Origin: Octopus bimaculoides
Lineage: Eukaryota
Assembly (NCBI RefSeq): GCF_001194135.2
Contig: NC_068981.1
Span: 173,491,293 to 173,555,292, forward strand
Length of the DNA: 64,000 nt
Reading direction: 5' to 3'
Part shown: positions 11,905 to 25,408 of the stretch, in pieces
Layout: each line of letters begins with the position of its first letter
Position numbering within the stretch: position 1 is the stretch's first letter
Translations under genes and position numbers: made by a program
The notes under the pieces: model-generated
Seen by the model: only the letters and a program-made list of their open reading frames with translations
Database searches by the model: none
What the model was told of the DNA's origin: nothing

Positions 11905-12768
11905 TATAAAATAAGCAGAATGATGTTCATTTATTCCATTTGTAGTTCTTCATGTTATCAAGAGTTTGTTATGAGTTATGGTCATTAGATGTGTGGTTAC
12001 TAACTGGTTCTTACATTTTTTAAGATTTGATAATTAGGGTAGAAAATATTAAAGGATTTGATGGGATGAGGTGAGTGTGTGATAGTGAAAAGGACAGTTA
12101 TCTGATCCTGGCAACTGTCCTTTAAAATAATTTTTGTTTTAGAGATTAGCCATAAGAAGAGTAAAGCAATGCTTAAGAATTTTTTGCAGAGTCTCCTTAA
12201 ACTGGTGAGGGGAAAGGAGGAAGATTTTGATATCCACAAACAGAGATGTGGTCTGAACCATTGCACCAGACTGGACTCTATGAAAAGCACCTAACTTAGG
12301 AGCCAAGCAGTGGTGCTAAAATGGCTGATGGATTAGGTCTACCAGCTAAGAAACTGACCATCAGATGGTCATCCATAGCTTCCAGTTGCCCATTTTCACT
12401 CACAAATGTCTCCTACCATACCCAAGGCTTTAGTGGAAGAAACGTGCCCAAGGTGAGGTTGAACTTAAAGCTGTGTGAGTGAGAAACAAACTTCTTAACC
12501 ACACCCATGGATGAAGTGAGCTGAAGCTAAAAATGTAATAAACATTTTTCAATTTTCATAAGAATGCTAGTCATGTACAAATATTGTTTACACACACACA
12601 CACACACACACGACAGGCTTTGTTTTGTTTTTTGTTTACCAAATTCACTCATAAGGCTCTGATTGGCCTGAGACTATAGCAGAAGGACACTTGCCTAAGG
12701 AGCCATACAGTGGGACTGAACCCAGAACCGTGTGGTTTTGAAGCAGGCTTCTTACCACACAGCCACGC

Positions 12769-12845
<77 letters not shown>

Positions 12846-13488
12846 CATACATATATATATATANNNNNNNNNNNNNNNNNNNNNNNNNNNNNNNNNNNNN
12901 NNNNNNNNNNNNNNNNNNNNNNNNNNNNNNNNNNNNNNNNNNNNNNNNNNNNNNNNNNNNNNNNNNNNNNNNNNNNNNNNNNNNNNNNNNNNNNNNNNNN
13001 NNNNNNNNNNNNNNNNNNNNNNNNNNNNNNNNNNNNNNNNNNNNNNNNNNNNNNNNNNNNNNNNNNNNNNNNNNNNNNNNNNNNNNNNNNNNNNNNNNNN
13101 NNNNNNNNNNNNNNNNNNNNNNNNNNNNNNNNNNNNNNNNNNNNNNNNNNNNNNNNNNNNNNNNNNNNNNNNNNNNNNNNNNNNNNNNNNNNNNNNNNNN
13201 NNNNNNNNNNNNNNNNNNNNNNNNNNNNNNNNNNNNNNNNNNNNNNNNNNNNNNNNNNNNNNNNNNNNNNNNNNNNNNNNNNNNNNNNNNNNNNNNNNNN
13301 NNNNNNNNNNNNNNNNNNNNNNNNNNNNNNNNNNNNNNNNNNNNNNNNNNNNNNNNNNNNNNNNNNNNNNNNNNNNNNNNNNNNNNNNNNNNNNNNNNNN
13401 NNNNNNNNNNNNNNNNNNNNNNNNNNNNNNNNNNNNNNNNNNNNNNNNNNNNNNNNNNNNNNNNNNNNNNNNNNNNNNNNNNNNNNNN

Positions 13489-13526
<38 letters not shown>

Positions 13527-13653
13527 GGTATATGCAGTTGAGGCAACATTTAATTAAAATAATCATCTATGCATCATATACATAATGCGTACACATTGTT
13601 GCAAGACCACCGACTGCAGTTTCTTGACCTGAGATAACATCTGAGTACTGCAA

Positions 13654-13850
13654 CAACTTTATAAGATCTTATACGTATATTTGATGTTACCTTCTCATTG
13701 TTTGGAGCAGATTATCCACTTGCATGATCCCAATCAGTGCCTAGACCAGAATCCGTTTGTGATTTATTAATGGGTTCAAATTTTTCTTGGTAGGAATCAT
13801 AGTCACTGAATTCTTCCTGAGACCCAATTGAAATTTCTGAGCATAAACTG
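13654..13850 (-). pseudogene. Partial intronic copy of the TBC1D16 large exon (source 14926-15122)
   Basis: 197-bp direct repeat with 8 substitutions, no indels, and an in-frame CAA>TAA at 13714-13712. Confidence 0.9.
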
Positions 13851-14040
13851 GGAATCAAACTCCTAACCTGAATACTCTAACCACTAAGCCATGCACTTTC
13901 AAGTATATCATACGTGTATATATGTGTATGCGAGTAAGTAGATATATATACATGCATATTTGTTAGTGTGCATTTGTGCATTTCCATAAATACTTTGTGA
14001 CACAAAATATAAAACTTTTAGAAAGTTCAACAGTACATAC

Positions 14041-15385
14041 CGAGGTCAACGGAGAATACACCACAAATTTGCTCTTTGGGGCTGCGTTTTTCTTTCCTCT
14101 TTGATACATAGGAAACTGAATTTTCTGGGAATGAAAGATTATGTGCTAATGAGCAAGAACTGCTTCCAGACAATGAATCTTGTTGCTGCCTTGGTGAAGA
14201 GGGTAAGGAATGGTCTGGTGATAAATAAGGAGTAGGTGGATGTGAATCAGGACCAGATGTGGATGTGGATGAAGATGATAAACGGAATCGTGTGACTTCA
14301 ATATCAGGTGTTGATATCGACAAGTCTTGGATATTATTGTCACTGGTGTTAAGTCGATCTATTGATTGAGGTGGGGTGACTGGAGGATCAGCAGCTACAC
14401 CTGAACGGTTTTCTAAGCTAAATGAATTGAGGCTGGGTGTTGCAGAAGGTACATTCTCACTTTGTATTAAGTCATTATTCCCATTTGTCATGGATTCATT
14501 GAGCCTGTCATTGAGTTCAGCACATTTCCTTCGAAGTTCACCAACCATTAATCGATAATGTTCCCCTGTGGGACTTGGGTCAGATGAATCAGAGCTAATG
14601 CTTGTCTGATCAAAGTCAGTTGATGGGGAACTTTCAATATCACTTTTTTTATTACTTTCTGGAATATTCAGGTTAAGCTTGCTATCTTCCTTAACAACAA
14701 CAAGATTATCTCCTTCCATTTCAATACTAAGCGAGTGATTGGATCCAAGACACTCGCGAGATTTTCTATAGACCTTATTCTTCTTTAGCATTGCTGCCAA
14801 CTGTTCTTCAGGGGTAATGCCTTCACTTTCAGTTGAAGAACTGTCATATTTTGAAGACTTGGAATAAGAATCAGCAGAATCAATATTCTTCTTGTTTTCT
14901 TTGGTCAAGTCATTGACATTAACCCCAACTTTATAAGATCTTATACGTATATTTGACGTTACCTTCTCATTGTTTGGAGCAGATTGTCCACTTGCATGAT
15001 CCCAATCAGTGCCTAGACCAGAATCCGTTTGTGATTTATTACTGGGTCCAAATTTTTCTCGGTAGGAATCATAGTCACTGATTTCTTCCCGAGACCCAAT
15101 TGAAATTTCTGAGCAAAAACTGCTGTCATCTCGTCGTGATCTTTGACGTTGCTCAATCCATAGAGATTGTTCACTTCCTATTGATGCTAAGGAATTACGA
15201 GGAGAGACACTTGGAGACGGAGTGGTCAGATTGTCTGAACGGGCATAATCTTGTTTTGGAGTTCGTCTTGGACTTGACTTTGGACTGCAAATAGCAGAAC
15301 GGTTAGGACTATTTTCAATGCTACGTGGATTTCTTTTTAATGTTGTATTTGGTATCCATGTTAGTATTAGAGTGGGACCAGTGAG
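14041..15385 (-). CDS. TBC1D16: TBC1D16 large internal exon (1345 nt, Ser-rich linker)
   Basis: Begins LTGPTLILTWIPN (cf. ATLILAWVPN) after acceptor tttgtttcag (phase 0). Ends EQICGVFSVDL (cf. EQICGVFRVDLG) at donor G|GTATGT (phase 1). Uninterrupted ORF. Confidence 0.95.
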
Positions 15386-16714
15386 CTGAAACAAAAAGTT
15401 ATATATGAATTAGAATTCTTATTTCTAGTTACCTTAATGACATTAACAAATATATATAGAATCAAGTCATAACATTTAAAAAACAATACAGAAAGAACAA
15501 ATTATGATGAACACGGTATTAGTTTAAAGCTTGAAATGTGCATGGAATATGTTGATGTTTTTGATATTAGTTCTTCAGAAAAAAATGAGATGAAGGAGAG
15601 GGGTAGAGACAAGAAAAGGGAAATAGAAAGAGAAGACGAGAAAGGGAGAGACAAGTATAAGGGAGATGGAAAGAAAAGAAAACAAAGGGAGAGAGAGAGA
15701 GAGATAGATAGAGGGAGTAATATATACTGAATACTGTTTTCTTTTGTTTGTTCATTTACTTGTGTGTGTGTGCACATGCATGCGCATGCGCGAATGTGCA
15801 AACCCCCATGTTATTCCTGAAAAATTCTACTGTAGCAATGTATTCTGTAATCTTGAAACTTCTTTTTCATTGACTTCAATGATATGTAGATGTCAAAAGG
15901 AAATTAAATTTCCTGCTACAGTAAGAATTTGAGGAACACAATGCTTCTGACATGCAGTAGATGCCCATATACATATATACATCCATACATATATATGAAA
16001 TCTTTAATATATATTACAAAAATTGAAAAAATTTATATCTTTTGAGTAACAAAAACACACAATTTTTTAAAAAATTGTTCTTAGCATTTGAGAAATATTC
16101 AATATATTTATTTATTTATATAAATTTACTCAAATATTTAGGCTGTTGTCATTTAAAAAATGTATTAGAAACAGCAATGAATATCTAAAAGTTAAGTTTT
16201 TTTCTTGAAATTGAATTTGAAAGAATATTTCAGGCATATTAAAAAATATCTCCAAAACAGTATGCAGGCAATATTTTATGTCACATTCATAAAATAACCA
16301 TGCATATTAAATGTTTAAGGCATTAAAATATACTTTATCTCTCAGTTCACTTTTCTTTTATACACACACAAATGTTATTTTTTTCTTTAAGTTTAAGTTT
16401 AAAAGCTGAGTCAAGAGAGAGAAGTTACAACTAGATGAAATCTCTAAGTGGTTTAATTCCAAGTAATCAAAAAAGTGTCAGCAGAAGGGCACCCAAGAAT
16501 CATGAACTGGATGTGGCCTGGCTCCATTACAGTGTAAAAAGTTAAGGGCTGAATCATTTGCTTGAGCAGGGTTTCTTCTCTGAAGACCTGCTGTTTAACT
16601 CTCTTGAGAGTTTCTTATCACCTCTTTTTTACACACGCACGCATGCATGCACACACACATGTAACATATAATACATGAAAAAAAGCTTCTAAAATAAAAG
16701 ATAAAGGGTAGAGA

Positions 16715-17048
16715 TCCCCTTTGGTCATGAATTGCACCTAGTCATGGGATTGCACCTAGAAAGTTCCCCTCCATGGCACAAGTCCGGACAAGGTTGTTTA
16801 TGGAAGACCAGCAGTTTCCCATGCATATTAGCCTCCCCACTCCACGCTACCAATGTTATCCAAGAGAAAGGCAAAGGCCAATACAGCTTGGCACCAGTGA
16901 AGTTGCAACTCATTTCTACAGCTGAGTCAAATGGAGCAATGTGAAATAAAGTGTCTTTCTCAAGAACACAACACAGCCCAGTCCAGGAATCAAACTCGCT
17001 ACCTCATGATTGTGAACCTGATACTCTAACTACTAAGCCATGCACCTT
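16715..17048 (-). mobile_element. tRNA-headed SINE
   Basis: Minus-strand head GGCTTAGTAGTTAGAGTATC...GAGTTTGATTCCTGG. Head fragments also at about 13848-13895, 21230-21325 and 60445-60515. Confidence 0.65.
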
Positions 17049-17792
17049 AAGGATATAAATATTAATCAAAAGTGTAGATATAGATCAATGAGGAATAAAA
17101 GGTTGAGAAAATATATATTACTTAAAAAGCAGTAATATAAGGAAAAATGTGAAAATTCTGATTAAGAACATATGTTCTCATTGTAAATTGGTTATAAATG
17201 TATAGAAGCTCATTTCATACATGTGGTTTGGTGACTCTTTAACATTTCCTTTAAGTTACACCTGGCCAAGCCAATAGAAAGCTAGTCTATCTGCCATGGG
17301 GCTATATCTTGTCAGTAATACAGCAATAGTACTGTATTCTTGGCTGAGACACTTAACATTCTAATTAGGCATAAAGCCAGCTTTTTAAGGGGGCATGTTG
17401 AGTTGGGTTAAACTTATTTCATTGACCAAGAGGAGTTAAAAGATGAATCAAACTGGCAAGATTTCAATGCAGAAGCAAGGTAAATGAAATTAAATACTAC
17501 TAAGTATTTAGTCTAATAATCTACTGTCTTGACGAGCTCTCATCACCCTTTAGCTTACAAATAAAACAATGAAATCTTTTATATTAATTCATACTGTTAT
17601 ACTTTATGAATCAAACCTTTTTGTACAAGTTAATCTTTTTTTCTGGGACAAAAGGCCAAATATAAAGACAGAGTAGCTACAATTAAGGATAAAAAAAATC
17701 TCCAAACAGATGAATTTTAACTCATTAGTTACCATATTTTTGTCAAAATATGCTGTCCTTGTTTCAGTTAATTTTGAAATTAAAGAAGTTTG

Positions 17793-19058
17793 TATGAAGT
17801 TGAGTTGAAAGGTTTTTTTTTTCAAATTTTCACTGATAGTTTTTAGCAACTTGTATTATATCATTAATTTGATACAATTTGTTTAATTATTTCTGAGTTG
17901 TTTAGTCTTTGTTTACATATATAACCTAGAAACATTAGTTGTTTATTCTTTATTTTACAGCTTTGATAATCAGTGGTGAAAAATATGCAATTAGAGTCAT
18001 TTTATGCAACCTGTGGAAAAAAGAACTGATTGCAAGGACAGTGGCAAAAGAAATTAATGATGTGGAAATGCCAGTACCTGTCAATGAACATGTGGCACAA
18101 AACTGGTTAAGATGTTTCAAGGAAGGGAGACCAACCTTGAAGACAAACCAAAGTTAGGGAGACTGTCTGTTGTGGAAGGTGAGGCCTTGTTTGAAATGGT
18201 TGAATAACAGCCAATCACAAGCGATTATACATTGTTAGCAGAACTTGGTCCTTTACAAAGCACCGTTAACTGACACCTCCATAAGCTTGGCCTTGTGAAC
18301 AAACAAAGTTGAGAAGTTCCTCATAACTGACTGATCAGGCTCAATGATGTGTGAACATTTGCAAAGAGCTGCTGGTAAATCCTCGAAATGCTTGTTTTTG
18401 GTGTCAGATTATAACTGTGGATGAAAAATGGATCTATATTTGTAACCTTATTAAGAGAAATCAGTGGCTTCATTCCAGTTAGGCTTCCGAAGCTGTTGTC
18501 AAACAAGGGCAGTTTGGACAGAAGGTAATGTTGTGTTTGGTGGAATTTTGAGGTGGGTGTTTCACTTTGAGCTTGTTACAGATGGTCATGCTATGAATAC
18601 TAACCTTTACGCTCAACAACTGCAGCAAGTAAACGATGCTTTGAAAACCCGCTATCCAGCATTGGATAATCGAAGACATGTACTCCTACAGCATGATAAT
18701 GCCCCAGCACACACTGCCAATGTGACCATATGCAAACCTGAGGAATTTGAGGGGCTGGAAATGGTGTTGCCTTATTCTGCCTACAGTCAGATTACCACCT
18801 TTTCCAAGCCATGCTTCATTACTTGCATGGATGGAGGTTCAACAATGTGGATGAGGTTGAAAATGGGTGCAGGGAGATTTTTGCCTCTAAACCAGCCAAA
18901 TAGTATAAGCGTGGAATTAAGCTTCTGGCACAATGATGGCAACAGACAATACAATATGAAGAGATATAGTTTGATAAATAATTGCTTTCTGTATGTAATT
19001 TGCTTGAACTATTAATCAAAGCTTGAAATATGAAAAAAAACTTTTGACTCAACCTGGC
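17793..19058 (+). mobile_element. Full-length-sized (~1.27 kb) decayed mariner
   Basis: HTH-region relic, TVDEKWI, and LLQHDNAPAHTA (second catalytic D), with multiple stops and frameshifts. Degenerate TIRs (GTTGAGTxxAAAG) at both ends. Confidence 0.85.
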
Positions 19059-19305
19059 AAAATAGCTTTATAATTATTAAGATGGTATCTCAAACATAAA
19101 TTAACATATTTTGATGAAATGTCTTAATTTAGATCACTTTCAAACATATGTCACAATGACCACAACCAACAATTGGAGAGTTGCTTTCCCCAACAGTTGG
19201 AGAGTTTCTGCTGCTGCTAATCCAAACACCAAGTAGTTTAAAATAAAGTTTGTCTCATAGGTCCAGCGGCAGTTTTGGGTGGGTTAATATTAAAAGGATT
19301 GAATG

Positions 19306-19593
19306 AGGGATTCTGAAAGTAGGTGCCCCCCCCCCCAAGGGGGAGGAGGACAGTGGAAAGATCCAGGTGGGGGCGTTGAAGGAAAGTCGGGTGATAATGA
19401 GGTGGTCAAAAGGGGGCGATGTATGTAAAAAAAAACTTCTAAAATAATGGGTTAAGCTTTATTTGCGAAATACAGTTGTTTTGAATTTGCTACAGAAAGT
19501 GATCTATGTTTGTGGTGGTGAGTTGTGGGGGGCACTAGGAATGTGGCCTGGGTGCCAAGGGGGCAACAGCCTGAAATAATTTGGGAACTACTC
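19306..19593. mobile_element. Degenerate hAT-like MITE
   Basis: GC-rich island with ends resembling CAGTGxTTCCCAAA / TTTGGGAACxACTG. Confidence 0.35.
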
Positions 19594-20289
19594 AGTTAAA
19601 CAAAATCCAAAGAAAAGCAGATAATGATTCTGTGAAAGAATACTGTTGTAGATTGTATATAGGTGGCTTATAATTTATGATTTTCTTTTACATTTTTGCA
19701 ATGCTTTACATTTTACACAATGATGTAGGTTAGTTAGATCTGCAAATTAATTATTTAGATATTTATGTAAATTGTGATAACAAGTATGATTAAAACACTT
19801 TTTAACACTAATCATTCACCCACAAACTTTTTCCAAGTTAGATTATTGAATGAAGCATATTACCATAATTTTTTGGCATAAGTTGACCAAACTTTACAGC
19901 CAAAAAAACAGTAGGTTGACTTATACACCAAGACAACTTAGAAGGACCAAAAATTCCATGTGAAATGCAGCAGGATTTGGAAAGATAGTGACAATGTTTG
20001 AATGTTTACGCTACACGTTTTCACTATATACTATGTCACCTTGTATGCTGGAAAATATAGTAATGTACCTTTTTGAGGGATGTAATGTTATGACAGTGAT
20101 TATCACCATACTTATGAATTTTAGTTTAGAATAAATAAATAAGGTTCTGAATAATGAACACAAAGTATTGGTCACTTCAGATATTTGTCACCTCCCATTT
20201 GGAATATGTTACTGATGTACTAGTATTGAAAAATCCCTTTATTATCTTGCAAAGGGCTATTAAATTTACCTTATAGAGAATTGATTAAT

Positions 20290-20510
20290 ATTGGTTCCAA
20301 ATACTGGTACAAGGCCAGCAATCTTAGAGGAGGGGATAAGCTGATTACATCACCCCCAGTACTCAACTGCTACTTATTTCATCAACCCTGAAAGGATGAA
20401 AGACAAAGTTGACCTCAGTGAAATTTGAACTCAGAACATAAGGATGGACGAAATGCTACTAAGCATTTTTTGCTTGGCCTGCTAATGATTCTGCCAAATT
20501 ACCACCTCTG
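20290..20510 (-). mobile_element. SINE family with CTTTCATCCTTTCGGGGTxGATAAAxTAAGTAC core
   Basis: Core and tRNA-like GAGTTCAAATT shared with copies at about 29885-30100, 38845-39060, 53035-53230 and 55620-55790. Confidence 0.65.
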
Positions 20511-21360
20511 TGAATTGATTAATGCTATTTTCAGGAATGGGGCACGAGGAAATCTAAGGACATGATTTTCAATAATGTAATCATATCTAAGATAAGAACC
20601 ATAGAATAGAACATGAAATTAGGTTCATTTAAAGCTAAGTGAATCATTTAGAAAACTATCTCCACCCACACAACTTTTGCCAATTATACATATTGATTTC
20701 TTACATAGGCACAAGACCACAAATTGGTGGTGGTGGTGGTGGTGGTGGTGGAGGAAGAACAGTCAATTGTATTGACTGTAGTACTTGGCTGGAACTTATT
20801 GATCTAAGGAGGACAAAAGGTAGAGTTGGCCTCAGTGTGGTTTGAATATAGAACTTAAAGGGCCAATGTTGTGATGACTCTGGCAATTCATCAACCTTTA
20901 ATATACATATATTATTACACCACCCCTGTAATATTTTGTATATTTATATATAGTCTTAGCCATAATGAGTAACAGTAACTAAATAACACACACACACACA
21001 TATGTATGTGAATGTATGTAAGTATGCATGTGTATATATCTATATATATATATATATATATATATCACTGTATTGATCAGACTATCAGCTGTTGTTACAT
21101 GTCATTGTCTCAATGTGCTTCTTTGCATTGTGTCACCCTGACAGGCAGGCCAACATTCTCCCTGAGCAGAATACCAGTCCATGGCAGAGTTACCCATCTA
21201 CAACTGAATGGACTGGAGCAACATGAAATGAAGTAGTTTGCTCAAGAACACAAATGCACTGCCATTCTGGGAATTTAAACCATGATCTTGCAATCATGAG
21301 TGCGACATCCTAACCATCAGACCATACTCTGTCATATACATACATGTATTATATATCTAT

Positions 21361-21538
21361 CATCATCATCATCATCATCATCGTTTAACGTCCGCTTTCC
21401 ATGCTAGCATGGGTTGGACGATTTGACTGAGGACTGGTGAAACCAGATGGCTACACCAGGCTCCAATCTGATTTAGCAGAGTTTCTACAGCTGGATGCCC
21501 TTCCTAATGCCAACCACTCAGAGAGTGTAGTGGGTGCT
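21361..21538 (-). mobile_element. (GAT)n-tailed RTE 3'-end copy
   Basis: (CAT)n CGTTTAACGTCCGCTTTCCATGCTAGC... Further copies at about 5205-5425, 43593-43764, 48835-49050, 54360-54611, 55100-55460, 57830-58140 and 59855-60250. Confidence 0.8.
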
Positions 21539-21734
21539 TATATATTAATAGTAATGGTATGACAACAAAAGAATGAATGAGACCTCAATATTATGTAAAT
21601 AGAGGAATTTATCTGTAATATAATATGTGACAATTATTCGGTTGCCATAATAAAACTCTGAGTTTCAGATGTTGGGGTGGAAATCTGCTCTGGCATCTCA
21701 TCAGTTATCAAGGCATGATTGCCTTGATAACTGA

Positions 21735-21881
21735 CATCCCTGTACATGGCTTGTACAGCTCTCACTAACCACTCATCTATCCCTAGTTTCCGCCAGATAA
21801 GGGATCGGGGAACCTGTCAAAGGCTTTTTTCATTACCTGATCCAACAACTTGATACCTCTGTAATTATTCATGTTTAATGC
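21735..21881 (-). mobile_element. Inverted duplicate of the RTE fragment 25409-25555
   Basis: Exact reverse complement over 147 bp. Confidence 0.9.
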
Positions 21882-21917
21882 ATATATATATATATATATA
21901 TATATATNNNNNNNNNN

Positions 21918-21951
<34 letters not shown>

Positions 21952-24063
21952 GGATGGATACAGAATATGGCTTGTCAGAAATAGCTTATTATTATGTTTA
22001 CAAAGAAGTGAAAATCAGAAGATAAGTGTAATTATTGTGAAGGAATATTAATGACATCTTAAATTACAAACTGGATTCTTCTTTTAACATGATATTAATC
22101 TAAATTCTCCCACACACTGCATTTTGTCAGTTTATTAGATAATGAGTTAAGTTGAATGTTGAATAATGAATGCTCTTATTATGCTTGATGGTATTGATTA
22201 GAAACTAAGCATACACTCAATGTCAATAAGTCTGTGTACTTAATGCTAATGCAATATTTGCAATAAGAGCAGCAGCAGCAGTTAGAATAAGAATTTTAAT
22301 TAATCCAATAAAATCTTAGAAAATCTCCTATAGGTTAGTTCTTATATGATTGGGTTTCTGGTAAGTGGTCTGATTTTAAACAATATTTCCTTTAAAAGGA
22401 AGTATATATTTAGAGAAAACTAACTCTTAATATTTGAAGATTCTCTTTTATTTTTCTGTAATGAGCATCAAAAATGTGCTGAGCTATAGAAAATTTTAAC
22501 CTATTGAGTAATATCATTTTAATCATTTTGATTGCTGCCTCCATTAAATATGTCAACACTAACTTAACTATTGTTTTTCAAGTAGATGATATTAGTGGAT
22601 AATTGACCTCAATGATTTATTTCTTAAAATATCTGCCTACCCACATACAATGATATAATGATTCTCACATCATATAATGATTCTTAAATCACAATTTCAG
22701 CAAGTACAGTGAAGTCTATGCTTTGCTGAGATCTATTAAGATAAAAATATGCCCAGAGTTGTCTTTTCTCTGTACTCACTAAAATGATTAAAACAATCTT
22801 AGTCATTGAGCAAATTTTGTCTTTTCCTTACAACATTAGTACTTCTAATTAGTAATTAACTACAGTGATTTAGATAAGGGAAAGATATTGGCTCAGAGTT
22901 ATTGGCTGAGCCATTAGAAAGTCAGACAGAACACATTATGGTATTTGTTCTGACTCTGAGTTCAAACTCTACCTATGTCAACTTCACATATCTTTTCAAG
23001 GTTGATAAAAAAGTTCCAATCCAGAGTGGGTGATTGGCAGAGCTGTAAGAACACTGGATTGGTATATGTTCCAGCTTTTTGCCTTAAGAGCTCAAATCCT
23101 GCCATAGCCTACTTCGGCAGGAACGTAATCCACCACCCAGGTGACAAAATACTACTACCAAGTACCTTGGGTGCCTTTAGTGGAATGCAGTCTATTGCAA
23201 GTATCTGGATCAGGTCTCAAGTTTGAGGACACCTTTCTCTCTTTCCTTCTCTCACCAATCTCTGAGGCACAAAGGATCATGGGAACAGTTTACCATTCTG
23301 AATTAAAATAAAGTACCAGGAAAAAAAAAATGGAATAGGTTTTGAATCTCATAGTTTCAAGTTCTGTCAGGGTCATTTTAATGTTATATCTTTCTGGGGT
23401 TAATTAAATAACAATAACACACTAAAATAAGTCAGTGATCCAATTGATTATAGCCTGAAATTATGTCAACAAGAGTCTACACCTAAAGGCTGTAAGGTAA
23501 GGCATGTGTAGTAGTTGTTATTGATATTTTTGTTTAACCTTAATAAACAGAGAATCAAAAGGTATTGTCACCATAATTATCTCATCTTTCTTGGACTATA
23601 TTATCCAGAATCACCTTTATTAAGACATTACAGTGTAATTTGAGGGAAATTGTGTTGCTATTTCTAACAGGCTGAGTGATTGCAAAGAGGCTCCTTGTTG
23701 ACTCATTATTGTGGTTGTTGTTGATGGTAGTGATGAAGAAAATTCATTATTTGTGGTGTAAGTTATTGGAAATCTATGTAGAGTGGTTATTTTGTGGTGT
23801 ACAGGTAAAAAAAAAAAATCAATTTTTAGAAGTAAATAGAATAATTGATTTACCAAAAGTTAAATTTTATTAGTAAAAAGAATATAATTGTTTTCAATTA
23901 TATACTGTACATTTCCACAAGAATGGTTACTTCTTGTTTAGCAACAGATCATACAATGGAACAAAATAACCAAACCACTTCACCAGACGTAACTTGAATT
24001 ATCAAAACACAATTCAAATTGTTTTGATGATTCAAATCACATCTGATGGTTATTTTGTTCTAA

Positions 24064-24370
24064 TCTATATATATAAAACTGAGAATGTCTGTCTGATTGT
24101 GTGTGTCTCTGTATGTGTGCATTACTAAAACTCGAGAACTACCCAACTGATTTCATTCAAATTTTACACATGCCTTACTTAGGGTCCATGCAGTGTCATA
24201 TGGGCTAAAAAAATTTTCAACTTCTTGCCTAATGCGAGCCTGAAGTAATCTCTTATCTCTTACACTATTTCAGTATTACATGTCAAAAGTGAAACAATAA
24301 CATCTCTATTGTAATGTGAGATAATACTTTCACTTTTAATAGTTTCACTATTAATACTGAAACTATTATT
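24064..24370 (+). mobile_element. Helitron 5' part, same family as 5810-6918
   Basis: A|TCTATATATATAAAA...AAAACTCGAGAACTAC...TTCATTCAAATTTTACA is shared with the first copy. No 3' CTAG end seen. Confidence 0.7.
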
Positions 24371-24379
24371 TCAGATATT

Positions 24380-24456
<77 letters not shown>

Positions 24457-25354
24457 NNNNNNNNNNNNNNNNNNNNNNNNNNNNNNNNNNNNNNNNNNNN
24501 NNNNNNNNNNNNNNNNNNNNNNNNNNNNNNNNNNNNNNNNNNNNNNNNNNNNNNNNNNNNNNNNNNNNNNNNNNNNNNNNNNNNNNNNNNNNNNNNNNNN
24601 NNNNNNNNNNNNNNNNNNNNNNNNNNNNNNNNNNNNNNNNNNNNNNNNNNNNNNNNNNNNNNNNNNNNNNNNNNNNNNNNNNNNNNNNNNNNNNNNNNNN
24701 NNNNNNNNNNNNNNNNNNNNNNNNNNNNNNNNNNNNNNNNNNNNNNNNNNNNNNNNNNNNNNNNNNNNNNNNNNNNNNNNNNNNNNNNNNNNNNNNNNNN
24801 NNNNNNNNNNNNNNNNNNNNNNNNNNNNNNNNNNNNNNNNNNNNNNNNNNNNNNNNNNNNNNNNNNNNNNNNNNNNNNNNNNNNNNNNNNNNNNNNNNNN
24901 NNNNNNNNNNNNNNNNNNNNNNNNNNNNNNNNNNNNNNNNNNNNNNNNNNNNNNNNNNNNNNNNNNNNNNNNNNNNNNNNNNNNNNNNNNNNNNNNNNNN
25001 NNNNNNNNNNNNNNNNNNNNNNNNNNNNNNNNNNNNNNNNNNNNNNNNNNNNNNNNNNNNNNNNNNNNNNNNNNNNNNNNNNNNNNNNNNNNNNNNNNNN
25101 NNNNNNNNNNNNNNNNNNNNNNNNNNNNNNNNNNNNNNNNNNNNNNNNNNNNNNNNNNNNNNNNNNNNNNNNNNNNNNNNNNNNNNNNNNNNNNNNNNNN
25201 NNNNNNNNNNNNNNNNNAAGTAATCTCTTATCTCTTACACTATTTCAGTATTACATGTCAAAAGTGAAACAATAACATCTCTATTGTAATGTGAGATAAT
25301 ACTTTCACTTTTAATAGTTTCACTATTAATACTGAAACTATTATTTCAGATATT

Positions 25355-25408
<54 letters not shown>

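Noticed and set aside
12649-13585. Long ORFs of 150-390 aa in the track (also near 6119, 30745, 40233, 45087 and 53873)
   Set aside because: They consist of N-gap X residues plus microsatellite translations (YIYI, HTHT, CVCV) and are not genes.
24243-25408. Duplicated Helitron segment either side of a long gap
   Set aside because: Identical gap-flanking overlap ending in the same microsatellite; probably an artefact.
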